Source: Lepidodermella squamata | Lineage: Eukaryota > Animalia > Gastrotricha | Length of the DNA stretch: 64,000 nt | Direction of reading: 5' to 3' | Assembly (NCBI GenBank): GCA_047495785.1 | Contig: JBLDXI010000034.1 | Location: forward strand, 372,001-436,000 | The notes under the pieces: model-generated | What the model was told of the DNA's origin: nothing | The model's input: the letters and a program-made list of their open reading frames with translations, nothing else | Database searches by the model: none | Translations under genes and position numbers: made by a program | Shown: piece after piece, positions 25,821 through 39,114 of the stretch | Layout of the letters: each line of letters starts with the position of its first letter | Numbering within the stretch: the stretch's first letter is position 1

Positions 25821-27543
25821 TATATTCATGAGGTGTCATGAAACTAGGGCATTCTTAGTTAAGAGCCAAAAATTGCAGAAAAATTTAAGGTTATAACAAA
25901 TCAAAAATAATTTTTCCATAATTTTTCTGACATAATTAGCACCCTATGAATATTCATATTCTTAAAACTATTAAAACTTCTTTGTCTGTCCGAGTTACAC
26001 TCTTTGTTTTAGCTGAGTTTAACCCAAGCTCGAAGCTAAAAATAGTTCGGGCGCATGTGAGCTATTTTTAGTTTGAACTCAACAAATTCCTGGCCGTGCG
26101 TAACTTTTGATTTTCACTGAAGTTATCTCTGTTTTTTCGCCCACTCTTAACGGTGAATTATCTTTTGAAAAATGAATAGCGTGAAATTCATATGCTATCA
26201 TAAAAAGTGCTATAATTTATGCTCAGCTAGTGGAGCTAGTTACACTCATCTTTCACGGAGAGGGCAAAGGTCGTTGATATTTCCAATATGGGCAATTTCA
26301 TGTCATTTCATCGTGGATCATCGATCATCGGGGAGGATTTTTTTGGGATGGAGCTCGAAAAAATAAGGCATATTTACGCTTGCGACTTTTTTCATCCGAC
26401 GTAGTCGCTCGTGGTAATTTAATTTCCATTCGAACAACGTCAAACCCCAAGTAATCAGATCACAGACCACCGTGAACCTTCTTCTTCAGATCGGAGCTCA
26501 GAGAAGTTTGCTCGTGAGGGTTTTCTCCAGGGTGCGATCTTGGATCTCCGAGCTTGGAGATTTTTCACTAATACACCCTCCAGAAGCTTCCAAAATTAAC
26601 AAAACAGTGGAATAAATTATCATTTTGTCGTCTGGCCCGGCCCGGCCCGGACCATTAGTGCTGAGTTTCCAGTGATGAATCATCCAGTGATGATGATGCT
26701 GTTGCTGATATCAGAAACAGCAAATAGCCGGGCCATGAGTACTTCAAAAGTTCATCCTTTAAACAATAGATTCGAGTCGAATATCGCAACTTGCGCGCCA
26801 TAATAGTGTGCCGGAAATAGAAACAAACTATGATGACACATACGATCCAACTTTAATTACAGTATGCCAATTTTCATCAAGGAATGCCGCGCTGTAATAA
26901 CAAATATCCGATTTATTAATACTGCTTCTCTCATCTTGGCTCAAAATTTGCCAATGTGAATGCGTTGATATTATCTGAGGCTCAACTAATTATTGGCGTA
27001 ATCGCGTCACATGGGAACAATTGCGCGATCAATTCACCGCATGGAAAAAAATGGCAGTTCAAAAAATGAGCTTTTCCATCTCATTACCGTATTATTGTCA
27101 GAGCCGTAAGTAAGCTTCCGCCCGAATGGCTCATTATGCCACGACGCAGTAATTTATAGTCTTGCTTATGCTCGAGATTACACTTGCTATCGATCGGAAC
27201 GTGAAAATGACTAATTCAGAGTAGTTTAAGACATGAAGTTATTCGGTCGAATTTTCTGTTAACAGTTAAAAATCACGCAATTACAACATCACAAGCACGA
27301 TTATTGTCATTCGATTGGATTTTTCCAGATGATGGGTAGATTGACTTTTCCCACTTGAGTTTTTCGCTAGTCTTGCGCTTGACATCGGCAGAAATGCTGG
27401 CATAACAGTTCCCAGCCCTATGCAAGGCTGTTTTATTATGGCGAAGGTGACTAGGAACTTCGTGAGGAGAATATCGCCAACGCCGTGATGGCCGCGATAT
27501 GCGGCTGCCATAAATGCAGCGTCGCACCATCGTTCCGCACAGC

Positions 27544-29558
27544 TTACACTTTGGCGTTATATCGGCCACCTAGCGCCTCTACCACCTCGACATGGCCCTG
27601 CCGGGTGGCGATGTCCAGTGGTTTCCAGCCATAATTTGTGGCCTTATTCACGTCGGCGTTGAACTCACCAACCAACGTCCTCACGACCTCGACGTGGCCC
27701 TCATTTGCGGCGGCGTACAGTGGCGTCCAGCAACTATTATTATCCGTGGCCTTATTCACATCGGCGTTGAACCCACCAGCCAACGTCCTCACCACCTCGA
27801 CGTGGCCCTTGTAGGCGGCGGTCCACAGTGGCGTCCAGCCATTTCTATCGGCCCTATTCACGTCGGCGTTGAACTCACCAGCCAACAGCCTCACCAACTC
27901 GACGTGGCCATTGATGGCGGCGGTCCACAGTGGTGTACGGCCATCATTGGTGGCGGAATTAACATCGGCGTTGAACTCACCAGCCAACGTCTTCACCACC
28001 TCGACGTGGCCATTGAAGGCGGCGGTCCACAGTGGCGTCGCGTCTTTTGAATTATGAACTTCAATGACTGCATCAAATTGCCTGGCCAGAATTTCCACAA
28101 TGTCATTGTAGCCCTTTTGGGCCGCAAGGTACAACAGAGGGCAACCCTCTTCGTCCATGCAGTCAGGGCTAAGATTTAGGTCACTGTTCGACAGTAGCTG
28201 CGCCACTTTCAACAGGTCTTTCCGCCGACACACGCAGTCAAACAGCTCCTAGTTATTTCAAGAATGAATCAAGCGAGAAAGGTAAAATATTCCGAATATA
28301 CCCTAACAGCATCTTTGTTGGGTTCAGCGACTGATTGGTCCGGCTGAAGAATATGCATGGGTTGCAATGATTCAAATGTAAGATACGGAAAATTCATCAT
28401 ACCTTCGTATACCGCATAGGTGCTGATTTCAACAGAAAATTGTTTTCTTGAAGCTGAGTTGAGGTCGGTCGATCGTCAGGATTGACGGCAAGCATTGCCA
28501 TGACAAAATCCCGGAATTCATTGGAATAGCCGAGTGACTCGTCAAAAGGTTTCAAGTCATTACTAAAGTTATTATAGATTTCAGTCAGAGGCAACTCATA
28601 AGTGCGTCAAACTCATAGGTTTACCTCGAAATAGTCGCCATATTGAGGAACTGGAAAATTAATAAGTAACACTCAGTAGTCAATCACGCAAGATCATTCT
28701 CATACTGGTTCATAAAAGTTGGCTAATTTGAAGAGCGTGTATCCAAACGACCAAACATCACTTGCAGCTGATTTCGGTTCGCGCTTTAATTCATCAGGAT
28801 TTAATACCTCAGGAGGCGAAGTGTTCCACTTCGCTAGAGCAAACAGTTGTGAGCCACTGTTTGGAATATACAACACCTTATTAACGGTTAAATGCTCCTC
28901 TTCAATCTTACGTGTCTAATTTCTCGATGATTCCCAACTCAGCTAGTTTCGCTGTGCCTCGGTCTTCTGTTAACAGCAAATTGCTTGCCGTAATGTTGCG
29001 ATGAACGATACCTCGGCCGTGAAGAAAAGTTAAAGCTGATACGACTTGGCGCGACCATATTTGAAGCATAATTTCCGGGATGGGTCTAGTCTCAGGAGTG
29101 ATCAGGCTTTCGAAACTTCCTCCCTCACAAAACTCCATCACCAAATATCTCATCATGCAGTTGCGAGAAGAGGAATCTTCACCGAAATATGTCTCTATAG
29201 TTGGAATATTATTATTAAGAACTAAGGGGAGTGGAGCATTACCTTCGAAAGCGCCGAACACCTTGACAATGTTTGCATGGCTGATTGTGGCCATTAACAA
29301 ATCCTGCAATTTGAAAATATGACATGAATTATTGGGGTCACGGCGAAAACTCACTCTTTCGTGGAGAAGTTCAGCAATTTTGTCGTAGTGTTTTTCGAAA
29401 GTCTTGCGAAGGGCTGTCATGTTGGTTTCTTTGATAACCACTTGCTGTTGATCACGCCCATTACTTTTGCACAACATAGGTTGTCGTAGGCCGCCATGAC
29501 GCAAGACTTTACCAACCGTGAACTCCGACATAGATCGAGGATAATTTCTTGGTTCCAT
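27544..29558 (-). CDS. Pseudokinase-ankyrin gene, copy A (6 intact repeats; premature stop, decayed last two repeats to about 27350)
   Basis: Kinase motifs VVIKE, HANIVK, YLVMEFCEGG, HRNITASN, KLAELG, PPE, SDVWSFG and DRP are spread over short-intron exons, then the ankyrin exon 27544-28248. Exon structure matches copies B and C. Confidence 0.85.
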
Positions 29559-29814
29559 ATTCAATCCGAAGCTAAAAATAAAGGAAGGGAAGTAAAATTT
29601 GCCCTTGGGAATTAGGAAAGAGGAGAAAGCCTCATTACAAAAGGAACCTATTTCTTCAAAGCTACGGTGATAAGAAATCGGAGATACCGGTGGCTCGTCA
29701 TATCATATCTGCCAGAAACACGCTGAAACGCGCATTAATACTTGTACTCTAATCTCTGGACGAGGTTTGCCGGTAATATAGAGACCTCTTGGTATCTTTA
29801 TGTTTACGACCTTA

Positions 29815-31305
29815 TATGACGGGGAACTCCCCGTTGTCGTCGTCCGTGTTCAGTCGTTCGGTGCGTACGTCGAGGAGAATTGTCATTGTAACAAAAAAAC
29901 AGGTTAAAAAAAGCTCAGGATGATATGTATTTCACGTTAAAAAATCGAAAAAAGTTGCCGGGGCCATAATGCAGGCGTGTGCGATGATTTACGCACACCT
30001 GGCGCACACCTCTCTTGCAATTTTAAAGCTCACTGGGCGACTAGCGAATAGCAATATCCAATTACCACTGTCGGCCTAGCGGCCTACGACAGTTGACGTG
30101 GAACTCCCGGTAACGAAACGAATAATATTGGTGAAAGCGACGCGGGTGCAACTTTCGACGAATGCATTGTCAAAATGCATTTCCGTCTTTTAACTCAAAA
30201 ACCTCGGCAGTTTTGCGCTGTTGTTTTATTTCGAAAAATTAACTTTTCGCGAAATTAGCTAGAAATTCTAACATACATTGCTACCTGTACACAGTTATCA
30301 CATCGCTCTCAATTTTTTGCCTATTGTGTATCAAATTAAAAATGCTTAGTGCCCTTAGTGTCGCGATTTTGAAAGACTTGTCACCCACTGTCACCCACTT
30401 TAATGTCTTTTGGGAAAAGGAACGTTGACCAGTGTTTCGACATCAGGAATGATGTCGTCAGTGAAGGAAATCGAAGCGGAGTCGTTAATGTACAGCTGGA
30501 AAGTGGGTGCTTTGATGTAACTCGAGCTGGAATCTTGTGTATTGGCTTTCCAATTTTTTCAGATATAAGCTTTATGGCAGCCGCGTTCCGCGTTTACGGC
30601 AAGCAATGTCTTGCCAAACGTAGGATTTAGCTGCGCTCGAACCTTTCATGTACTGGTACCGAGCATATGCTGTCCTAAAACCCGGGCAAGTCGAGAAAGC
30701 GGCTGAAATTTATTATGTAATGTGATTACGATTAAGGAACATGCTGGCTCTCGTGACATGGCGTCACCAGTCGTCGTTCACCTGTTTTCTACCCTGCTAT
30801 GAAAAAGCTCTCGTGCACTTGCAATTCGTACTATTTTCTAGCACGTGCGGCATGGCGACTTATGACCTGCGACTGACGCGCTTACGCTTTCGTAAAACCC
30901 CTTACTCGGCGCATGCGCGCTACTTTTACCAAATGTGACTAATACCTAAACGTTCAAATACTAGCACATTCGTGATTTGTAGCTCATCTTGAATTTAAGC
31001 CCATGTGAGCCCATGGACACAATCAGTGTAGGTGGCGGCCGAATGACTCTCAGATGAAGGATCAATAATTCCATCAGGGAATTACGCCGCCGTCGCGCGT
31101 GGGTGACACGTTACATGGCTATGCGCAAAGCATAGGGATCACTCCGTTCTCTTCATGGCGCAAAGCAGGGCAACAAGTCAAGGATGTGCACGAAAACGTT
31201 ATATGTACTTGGCTCTTAGGCATCTTCAAGGGCGTGCCATTGTGCTTGACAAAGTCACGGAGTTCCCCGTCAACTGTCAAAGGCCGCAGGCCGACAGTGG
31301 TAATT
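29815..31305. mobile_element. About 1.5-kb insertion in the NmrA-kinase spacer of cassette A
   Basis: About 47-bp inverted repeat at 30060-30107 / 31259-31305 (TACCACTGTCGGCC...GACG(G/T)GGAACTCC), plus a partial third copy at 29817. The flanks rejoin to match the spacer of cassette C near 52750. Confidence 0.65.
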
Positions 31306-31510
31306 CATCTTGCACCTCCACAGAGTGAAAACGGAAGTATTATGTTGGAATGAAAGATGAACTGCCCTCATGGTGTGGCAAGAGTCATTTCAAGTTTTCG
31401 GAAATCAAAATCGCAGAAGTTTATTATTTAAGATAACCCGATGAATCAATCAAAAATTCTGCAGTCTTTAATGGAGTTGAGTCAGTTCTCTCAAAATTTT
31501 CCCTTGCTCT

Positions 31511-32836
31511 TCAAGGAGCTTTGATAAGTTTGCCGTACTTCGCCAAGAACTGATCAAAGTTCATAAGTTTCGGGTTCAGCTTTTTCGTAGCTTCGAAATC
31601 GCGGCTAGCAGTCAATGGCTCGGAGAAATCCTGGTAAAACTGGAACATGTTAGCCATATCAGCGGCGCCAGGAAACGGAAAGGTCCGGAAAACTTCGATA
31701 GGCGTTGGCTGGTACACAACCTCCTCACCCAGAACCTTGCCAACCTTCTCAGCTTGCTCGCTCATCGTCATTGTTTCACTGGCAATCGCAATTCGCTTGC
31801 CAATCCAAGTTGGGTCTTTGAAAATTCCGTAAGCACAACGGCCAATATCGTCTACGGCCATTCCAGGCGTTTTGACGTGCCCCATCGGCGCCGTGATCAT
31901 CAATTTACTATCCTGGCCACGATGCATCGCGACCATGCCGGTACAGAAGTTGTCCCAAAATCCCGGGGTTACCATAAAGGTAACAGGCTGGCCGTCGAAG
32001 AATTTGTCGGAGCCAGCTTTAGTCTCGCAGAATGGTACTTTGTACTTGCCATGCAAAGTTGGTAATCGATCGTCGTTAAGAGGTCCAAATTTGTGAGGGT
32101 CATCCAAGGTAGACCAGATAACATGCTTGATCCCAGCTTTCCTAAAAAAAATAGGTCAGGATAGGATATTATAGGACAGATAGGATAAGTGGTCACACGT
32201 CGCTATTTTTTATATAATTTTTCAAATTTTTTGATTTATAAGAAGGAGAATAATGGATCGCTTGAATTTTTACTGAAATTTACTGAAACTTTACCGGGGC
32301 AAGTTTTACTTCTTGCGAATTTCGTATTCTATTGTATAAATTTTTTCAAATCATTTTAATTTTATTTCCATTTTAATTTGGGTTTTGGGGATTTTTATTT
32401 CAGTAGAATGGGAATTCTTCCTAAGGATTCCATTTCCTAGGGACATGGCAGAAAGTATGCTTCAACTTGCCTCGCTGCGTTAGCCATAGACTTGATTTGT
32501 GTAGTTTCTTTCTCGGGGTCAGCCCAATCGATGACCGACACGCAAAACAATCCATACGAGCCTTTGATAGCCTCGGCCAACGCGTCCTCATCGTTAGCAT
32601 CGACCTGAACGACTTCGACACCTTGCTCAGTCAAGGCCTTTGCTTTCGCCGAATTTACATCTCGGGTTAAGGCTCGAGCCTTGAATTCGGTAGTAGGATC
32701 TTCCAAAATCGCTCGAACAACAGCGCCACCCTTCAGAGAATAAATATAATTTATAAAGCAGCTCTAAAAGTTGATACTGTACCTGTTGTCCAGTTGCTCC
32801 TACAACAGAAATGATTTTCTTGTCAGATGCCATCAT
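31511..32836 (-). CDS. NmrA/HSCARG-like atypical SDR protein, copy A (3 exons)
   Basis: VVGATGQQG Rossmann motif, RALTRD, GIKHVIWSTLDD, DIGRCAYGIF, FPGAADMANMFQF. Confidence 0.92.
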
Positions 32837-35019
32837 AATTCGTGGAACAATACTACAGACTGTTTTGTTGCAGCGGTGAACTCTTAATCTTATATCAACA
32901 GTCTATGTACAAGTCGGAATAAATTTGACCTATCAAATTAAAAAATCTTAACCACTATTTCGTGTTGCGGTTTTTGCTTGAATTCAGCTGTTTGACAATA
33001 ACAAGCTCATACGCGTTATTTATATTCGTCATCATGCGTGACAGTGCTGAACAAAAATTGTCAGCTTTTTCGGTCAAAATTTCTTCTGTGATCGGACTAC
33101 TCACTCGTTGGTAAAAACAACACTCAACTCCCGGCTCGTCCGTTATAGCCTAATAGTGCTACACGCGTGATCTTTATTCGTAATCATGGGTGATAAAGTG
33201 CGGGTCAAAAAGTGTCAGCCTTGTCGATCAAAATAACGATTAGAAAACCATAGCCTCGAAGCTACTTTTCCCTTCTTTTTAATACCACACTAGTCTTCCC
33301 AATTTTCATTTCAGGATTCAGACCTCAGTAAGAAATTATTCCTAAATGATAAACGAAAAATATAATAATCCTGAACTTCTCAAATATGCAGCAAGTTTAC
33401 TCAAGATAATCTATTCAACACTTGAGAGGAATAACGTTATACAGGATCGGGGATTGTGGTTATGCGGTTTGAATCAGCCCTGTGCTCGTTCGCAAATGGC
33501 AGTAAAAGCTTCGGAGCAGCTTACTCTGATCTTTGAACCGAAACATATGCCCACACCTGGATAATAAATTTGATTAACAAACACGTTGTAGAGAAGACTT
33601 CTCTGGCTTACAGTCGTCTTTGCCATAGAAACGCAAAATGTAATTGTTTTCTTTATGAAATTAATAATAATTAAATTAAATTATTTATTTACAACAAACA
33701 AAAAAATAAGAAATAATTGATTTTGCCGCAGAATCCCGTTCCGCTTGGTTGAAAACGGCCACACAAAGTTGGCGTCACTATGAATTCGTTTCGCTGGTCG
33801 CTGGTCGTATGGCGAGCTGCTCAGCGCCAGGATGTAGTTCCCAAGAAGAAAAGCATCAGTTATAAAAATTTCAAACCAACGCCAGAAATGTTTATTAAAA
33901 TAGGATTCGTCAATTCAAGCGAACACACAAGGACGTATTTGCCAGGGGCGAGAATCGAGCCAGAATTTATCCAGGAACCCGAATTCAAGAAAATCCACGG
34001 CAAATTCAATAATTGATTTGTGGTCTACAGTTTCTTAGACAACACCTTTCATTTCGCCAACACTGTTTTGCCGAAACCGCCAGCTAGAGTTCGAGATGAT
34101 GGGAAGACGAACGAGGACTTTGCGACATCGCAACGTCAAAGCGCGGAAGCTTCAGGTTCAAGGCCGCATTCAGCGCCCGAATCTTCCACGAAACGAACTT
34201 CGCTCGTAATCGGCTCGGAAAATGCGCCCAGGGAACTATGGCTACACAATATCTATCGTCAACCAGTAATGTCGATTATGCCAAGCGGCTGTTTATGTAT
34301 CTTCACAAGAATTCGTTTATTACTCATTTCCATTAGTTGTTATCTCTGAACATATTTATTTAATTTATAGAACTCGGAGCAAGTTCACCACAGTTGACAG
34401 TTGCTAATAGTCCAGTAAATTTAAGGAAATCGGTTTCTTGGGCAGCCGATACCGCAACCAAGACTGCAATGTCGATTTAATGGAGAAGGCGCTCCAAACG
34501 AAACTGGATAGCCAAGCTAGAGACCCGGCTACAACGGCTGCTACAACTTCGCAAGCTGTGAAAGTTGAAAATGATTCCGACTGAGAGTAACTCTGTTGAG
34601 AAGATGTATCAAACACATCAAAGTTAGAATTCAATAAAAATCCAGTAGGCAGGTGTAATGCAATCATGTAGAATTACTACGGCTGTACCCATAAAAAATG
34701 CCAATGTATTTTTTTGCATGTCTTGAGTCATTGTATTTGAGTCATTATCAATAACGTTCCATGACCAGAGATCGTCTCTGAAAAAATTATCTTGTTCCTT
34801 TATTTTTGTTTATTTTTTAGCTCCCAAATTCTAAGAAAATCTATACAAATCATAGATAATTTCAGATTCATTAAGCCGCGGATCATGCTTCGCCAATCAG
34901 CCGCACTTTTGGAATACGATATTAACACGATTATGTTATATTTATAAGTTAAATAGTTTATTAATGAGTTTGGGCTTGACTGCAATGCGAAAACGAGTTA
35001 AAGAGAGTAAGATCTAAAA

Positions 35020-35124
35020 AATGAAGCCGATTTTTGGATCCACTTTCTAGATCCAAAATCTGGATCCAATATTTGGATCTAAATTCTGGAGCTCGGACCC
35101 CATATTTGGGCAGTTAAAGTGTTA
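35020..35124. mobile_element. Right end of a piggyBac-like element related to 14663-15167
   Basis: GGCAGTTAAAGTG|TTAA preceded by TGGATC repeats. Left end not found. Confidence 0.5.
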
Positions 35125-35199
35125 ACACAAAAGAGAATCTATTAGCGTGCAATCATTTTCTCAACGTTATTCGAAGAAATTTGGTCCACAATCGTGCAG

Positions 35200-36717
35200 C
35201 ATCACAGATCACAGGCTCAGCTTCCAAATGTCTCAATCAGGCTTGAATTCGCTCGCATATTGCAACATATGTAAGAGAGCAAGCCGTCTTTCTCAAATAA
35301 CCGAGATACAGACCCGCACCTAGGTAATAAATTATATTAAGCGAACGCGTGATATGACCTATTTTCTGACTTACAGTCTTCACCTTCGAGATAAGGTATG
35401 TCAGCGAAATCGAATAGCGAGTTGTTGAAGGGTTCGCCCGTTATCCATGAAAAGGTCATTGGTTCCACTTGTGTCGCTCCTATGTAATATCCGAAACCTG
35501 AATCACTCGCAACAAGAGCCCTGGCAGCGTCGTAAGTCGCCTGATCCTTGATTATGACGAGGGATTTATTTCGGCTCGCGCATTCAGCAGCCATTTCAGA
35601 TCTATTGCCGGTGGTTGGCGTGGCTTCCAGGTCCGACAATGACTGAAAATTAGATAAAATTAGCAATGGGCGATAAATTAAGAGGGTAAGTTTACATTTC
35701 CGGCACAAATACCGCTGACATTATGGTAGCATAGTGCATCCCAGTAGCCTCCATCGTGCCGTAAGGTCATACCTGCGAATCAACCAATGAAACATAATAA
35801 ATAACCATTATAATCGCTCAATTCCGGACCCCGCTTAGTTTCGTGCAGGTAAAAGTTTAAAAATTCCGCCTTTTCCCTCATTTTCTTCACGCAAGTTCAA
35901 TAATTTTATTAAATTCTCACTAAAAATATTTAATTAAATACAATTTAAAATTATTTAAAATATTTTCCATGGTAACGCATTTATGGGGGGAATTTTGAAA
36001 TTTTGCCAAGTCAGGTCGTCGCGTCGCCTGGCCTCCTCTATGTTGTAGCGCAAAAACTATGATAGATAGAGCACTTCTGTAAATTGCGCTGAACTCAGCA
36101 TGGTCGAATTACTTAGAAACCGTTGAAAAAACAATAGGTCAGGAAAATCGACTTTTTTGTCCCTCCGGCGCTGGAGTACCCCCTTAGGGGAGATCTTGAG
36201 TCATCTTAGTCATCTCTCTGGATCTCTAACCGTAACACCTGGAAGCTTCTAATATTGATTTTCTTACTCACCGGACTTGATTTAGTATTGAAAAGATCTT
36301 TTTGAGAGAACAACTTCACACTGGTGGTCTCAAAAGATCTTCTTCCCCGTCTTAGGACAGGATGACTCAGGTGATCACCCTAACTTGCCATGCAAGCTTG
36401 TCAAATGACTTTGGGCGGTTATGATCTCTCAAAAAGATCTTTTCAATACTAAATCAAGTCCGGGGAGTAAGAAAATCAATATTAGAAGCTTCCAGGTGTT
36501 ACGGTTAGAGATCCAGAGAGATGACTAAGATGACTCAAGATCTCCCCTATTATTAACTCACTTGATATTCGCGTAATTGCCAACAGCCGCTCGGTACTTC
36601 GCGGCAATCAGTGAATGCGTCGTCGAATTGCGAAAAGCAACGAGCCCATTCTCCGCTTTGCACAACATTGACTGTAGAGAACAGCACGGCCAAAATCGGG
36701 ATGAGTAACCGTTTCAT
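35200..36717 (-). CDS. Secreted C-type lectin-domain protein (multi-exon; possibly partial)
   Basis: Signal peptide MKRLLIPILAVLFSTVNVVQS. CTL motifs GYWDALC...IC and C.S...SLVII...YYIGATQ...FSWITGEP. 3' end uncertain. Confidence 0.65.
36187..36547. mobile_element. Foldback MITE in the lectin intron
   Basis: About 120-bp near-perfect TIRs starting GGGGAGATCTTGAG; TA on both flanks. Confidence 0.88.
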
Positions 36718-37199
36718 AACTTGCTTGTTGCAAATGAATCCTCGGAATGATTCGATTTTTAGATTGAAATTATTCAAAATGTTTTATATTCGATATTTTG
36801 ATACGAGACCGGAGACAGGAGAGCCCGATCATCTCTAGTCACGTGCAATTTTACCATCTGTATTCGGACACCTTATTTATTGGCAAGAAGCAACATTCGG
36901 ACCAAGTCGCGTGTTGTCTTTTTAAATCAGGCAAAAAGTGAGACCGTCTGCAAGAAAAATATGTTTTTAGGGTTTTTTATTCCCCGCCCCGTCCTTGAAG
37001 GCCTGGTGGAGTTCAATGGAAAAATGGGAAACTTTAAATGACCAACAAATTCGAGTGATCAGATTATCGTGAACCATTTTTTGGTTAGAGCTTGAGCAAT
37101 AAACGGTTGTGTCAGAGCATTTTGCATTTTGCCTCTAACGCAAAAATGGCCTTCGAAAACGGATAGCGACGCCGAATCCAAGCAACCATTACCAAGACG

Positions 37200-37790
37200 C
37201 GACGTATCTAGTGTTGGCGGAAGTTTTTTTTTAATGTGAACAACAGCGCGAAGAATTTGCGACCATTTTCCTTTTTTATTTGAGATTGTGACGTTTCGAC
37301 GTCATCTAGCCATGTGTTTACCAATTACGCCACTCTTGTGTTCAACAATACGCTTATGTAGGTGTCGGCCTGTATAGCCGACATAGTTGGAACTGCACCA
37401 ACCACATTTGAATCGGTAAATCACGCATTGCTGATTGACAATTAGCGGCTTCTTTTCCTTTGGTCCAAATTCGGCGTTAATCTTGCGACTGATGAAGACG
37501 GGCTGTACTTCCTGTTCGATCTTGTTGCTCAGTTCGTGCAGTTCAGTCTTTACTTTTCTTGACGCGTTTTCGCTCTTGTCAGCGGGTTTGCCAGCAGGCA
37601 TGGCAAATTTGCTCTCTAGGAACCTTTCGATAACTCGCTCGACCAACTCATCAGGATAGAGAAGGTTTTTGAACACGTTTCGAAGTCGAGAAACTTCCAT
37701 GTCGAAGAGGAGCCACGTCGAGGAAAGCTTGTAAGCGCGGTGTAACGTGTTCAAAAACCTTATCTATCCCTGATGAGTTGGTCGAGCAAC
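37200..37790 (-). mobile_element. Penelope-like retroelement fragment (RT C-terminus plus GIY-YIG endonuclease)
   Basis: TLHRAYKLSS...YP...CVIYRFKCGWCSSNYVGYTGRHLHKRIVEH. Confidence 0.85.
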
Positions 37791-38240
37791 CACTACTTGG
37801 TGTTTTTCCTTCAGCTGTTTGACAACAACAAGCTTACACGCGTATCGTCGTCATTCGTCATCACGATAGACAGTGATGAACGAAAATTGTCAGCCTTGTC
37901 GGTCAAATTAACAATTTGAAAGCCATGGCTACATAGTTGCACTGTCTTTAATAGTTTTACCACACAATTCTTCAGACCTCAGTTCGAGAACACAACTTGA
38001 ACGAAAATATTTTGAAATGACACGAGAAAATATTTCGATCATGGGTTCTTTCAATAACAGGGATCTTTCAATAACATTTGACTCATGGGACTTCTAACTT
38101 CTAGCTAACTCTAATTTCAAAATTCTGATGTTGTCTATCGAATCTCCTTTGATATTTCAAAAAATAACGGGGTTGAACTTAAATCTATAACGAAGATATG
38201 AATAACCAACTCGGTCAAAACAATGCATAGAAGCGAATTA
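37790..38240 (-). promoter_or_regulatory. Orphan copy of the NmrA upstream region
   Basis: Colinear similarity to 32950-33400 and 44038-44480 (aaccact...cagct..ttgac..taacaagct.acacgcg), with no NmrA coding sequence attached. Confidence 0.6.
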
Positions 38241-39114
38241 ATAGGGCAAGAAAAATCGCTGTCATGATCTTGAGAAGCCGTTTCATACATGTTTGCTGTA
38301 GATAAATACCTCGGAATAAAAAGATTCGCACAGGCTAAAACGAAGTTCAATGCTGTGTTCGGACAACTCAATCATTTGGAAAAACAGCATCCTAATCATT
38401 CGTGATTTAGGCGGCCAGCAAAACAACAATAAATGTTATTTTTATCCCCCGCCTCGTCCGTTATTGCATAGTGTGTTCCTAGACGTCAAATTCTCCAAAT
38501 TCTGTAGTGGTTTAATAATGTGCAAGCCTTCATTCGGATTTTAAAATAATTGGAGGAATTGTGAGAATTCGTTTGATATGAAATTTGTCCAAATCCAAAG
38601 CATTAAGCCAAATCCAAAGCCCGAAAACCGCAGGTGAAATATTGAGTGGCGATTGGCCTTGACCCCGTAACTAGGCCTGGCCCATAGGAGACAGAGGAGA
38701 AATGCGAAACATTCAGATCGAATCTCATTGTAACGAAAATTTCAGGAAAGTTTACCGAAGACCTGATCTATGGCCTGGTGGAAACGGAGTGGTTACGGAG
38801 TTATTCAAAAATTGCGAGGTAAAAAATATATTGGTCATACATCGCGTAATCTCTTGGGTAAACATTATTTGAAAGAACTTTAAAAATTTTGGTAAACATT
38901 TATTGGAATTCCTGTACCTGAAATCGTGTTCTAAAATAGGCGAAACAAAATTACTCTTTCAGCTTTGTTTTTATTGAGCGATGTTGTAATCAGTTTTTTC
39001 TTGGATATAGTTCGGTGCTGGGCTATACCTAATTTCCCAGCCCGAGAGTTTCTATATAGCTCCATGAGACGTCTCATGTATAGCTCCACCTTCGTTTCCC
39101 AAGCAATGGTTGAT

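Noticed and set aside
27700-28040. RSS heptamer CACAGTG/CACTGTG inside ankyrin repeats as targets for the RAG1-like protein
   Set aside because: Explained by Pro-Leu-Trp codons (CCA CTG TGG); no nonamer at 12/23 spacing.
33740-34650. Gene-like plus-strand ORFs
   Set aside because: Internal stops and no recognisable domain; a model could not be supported.
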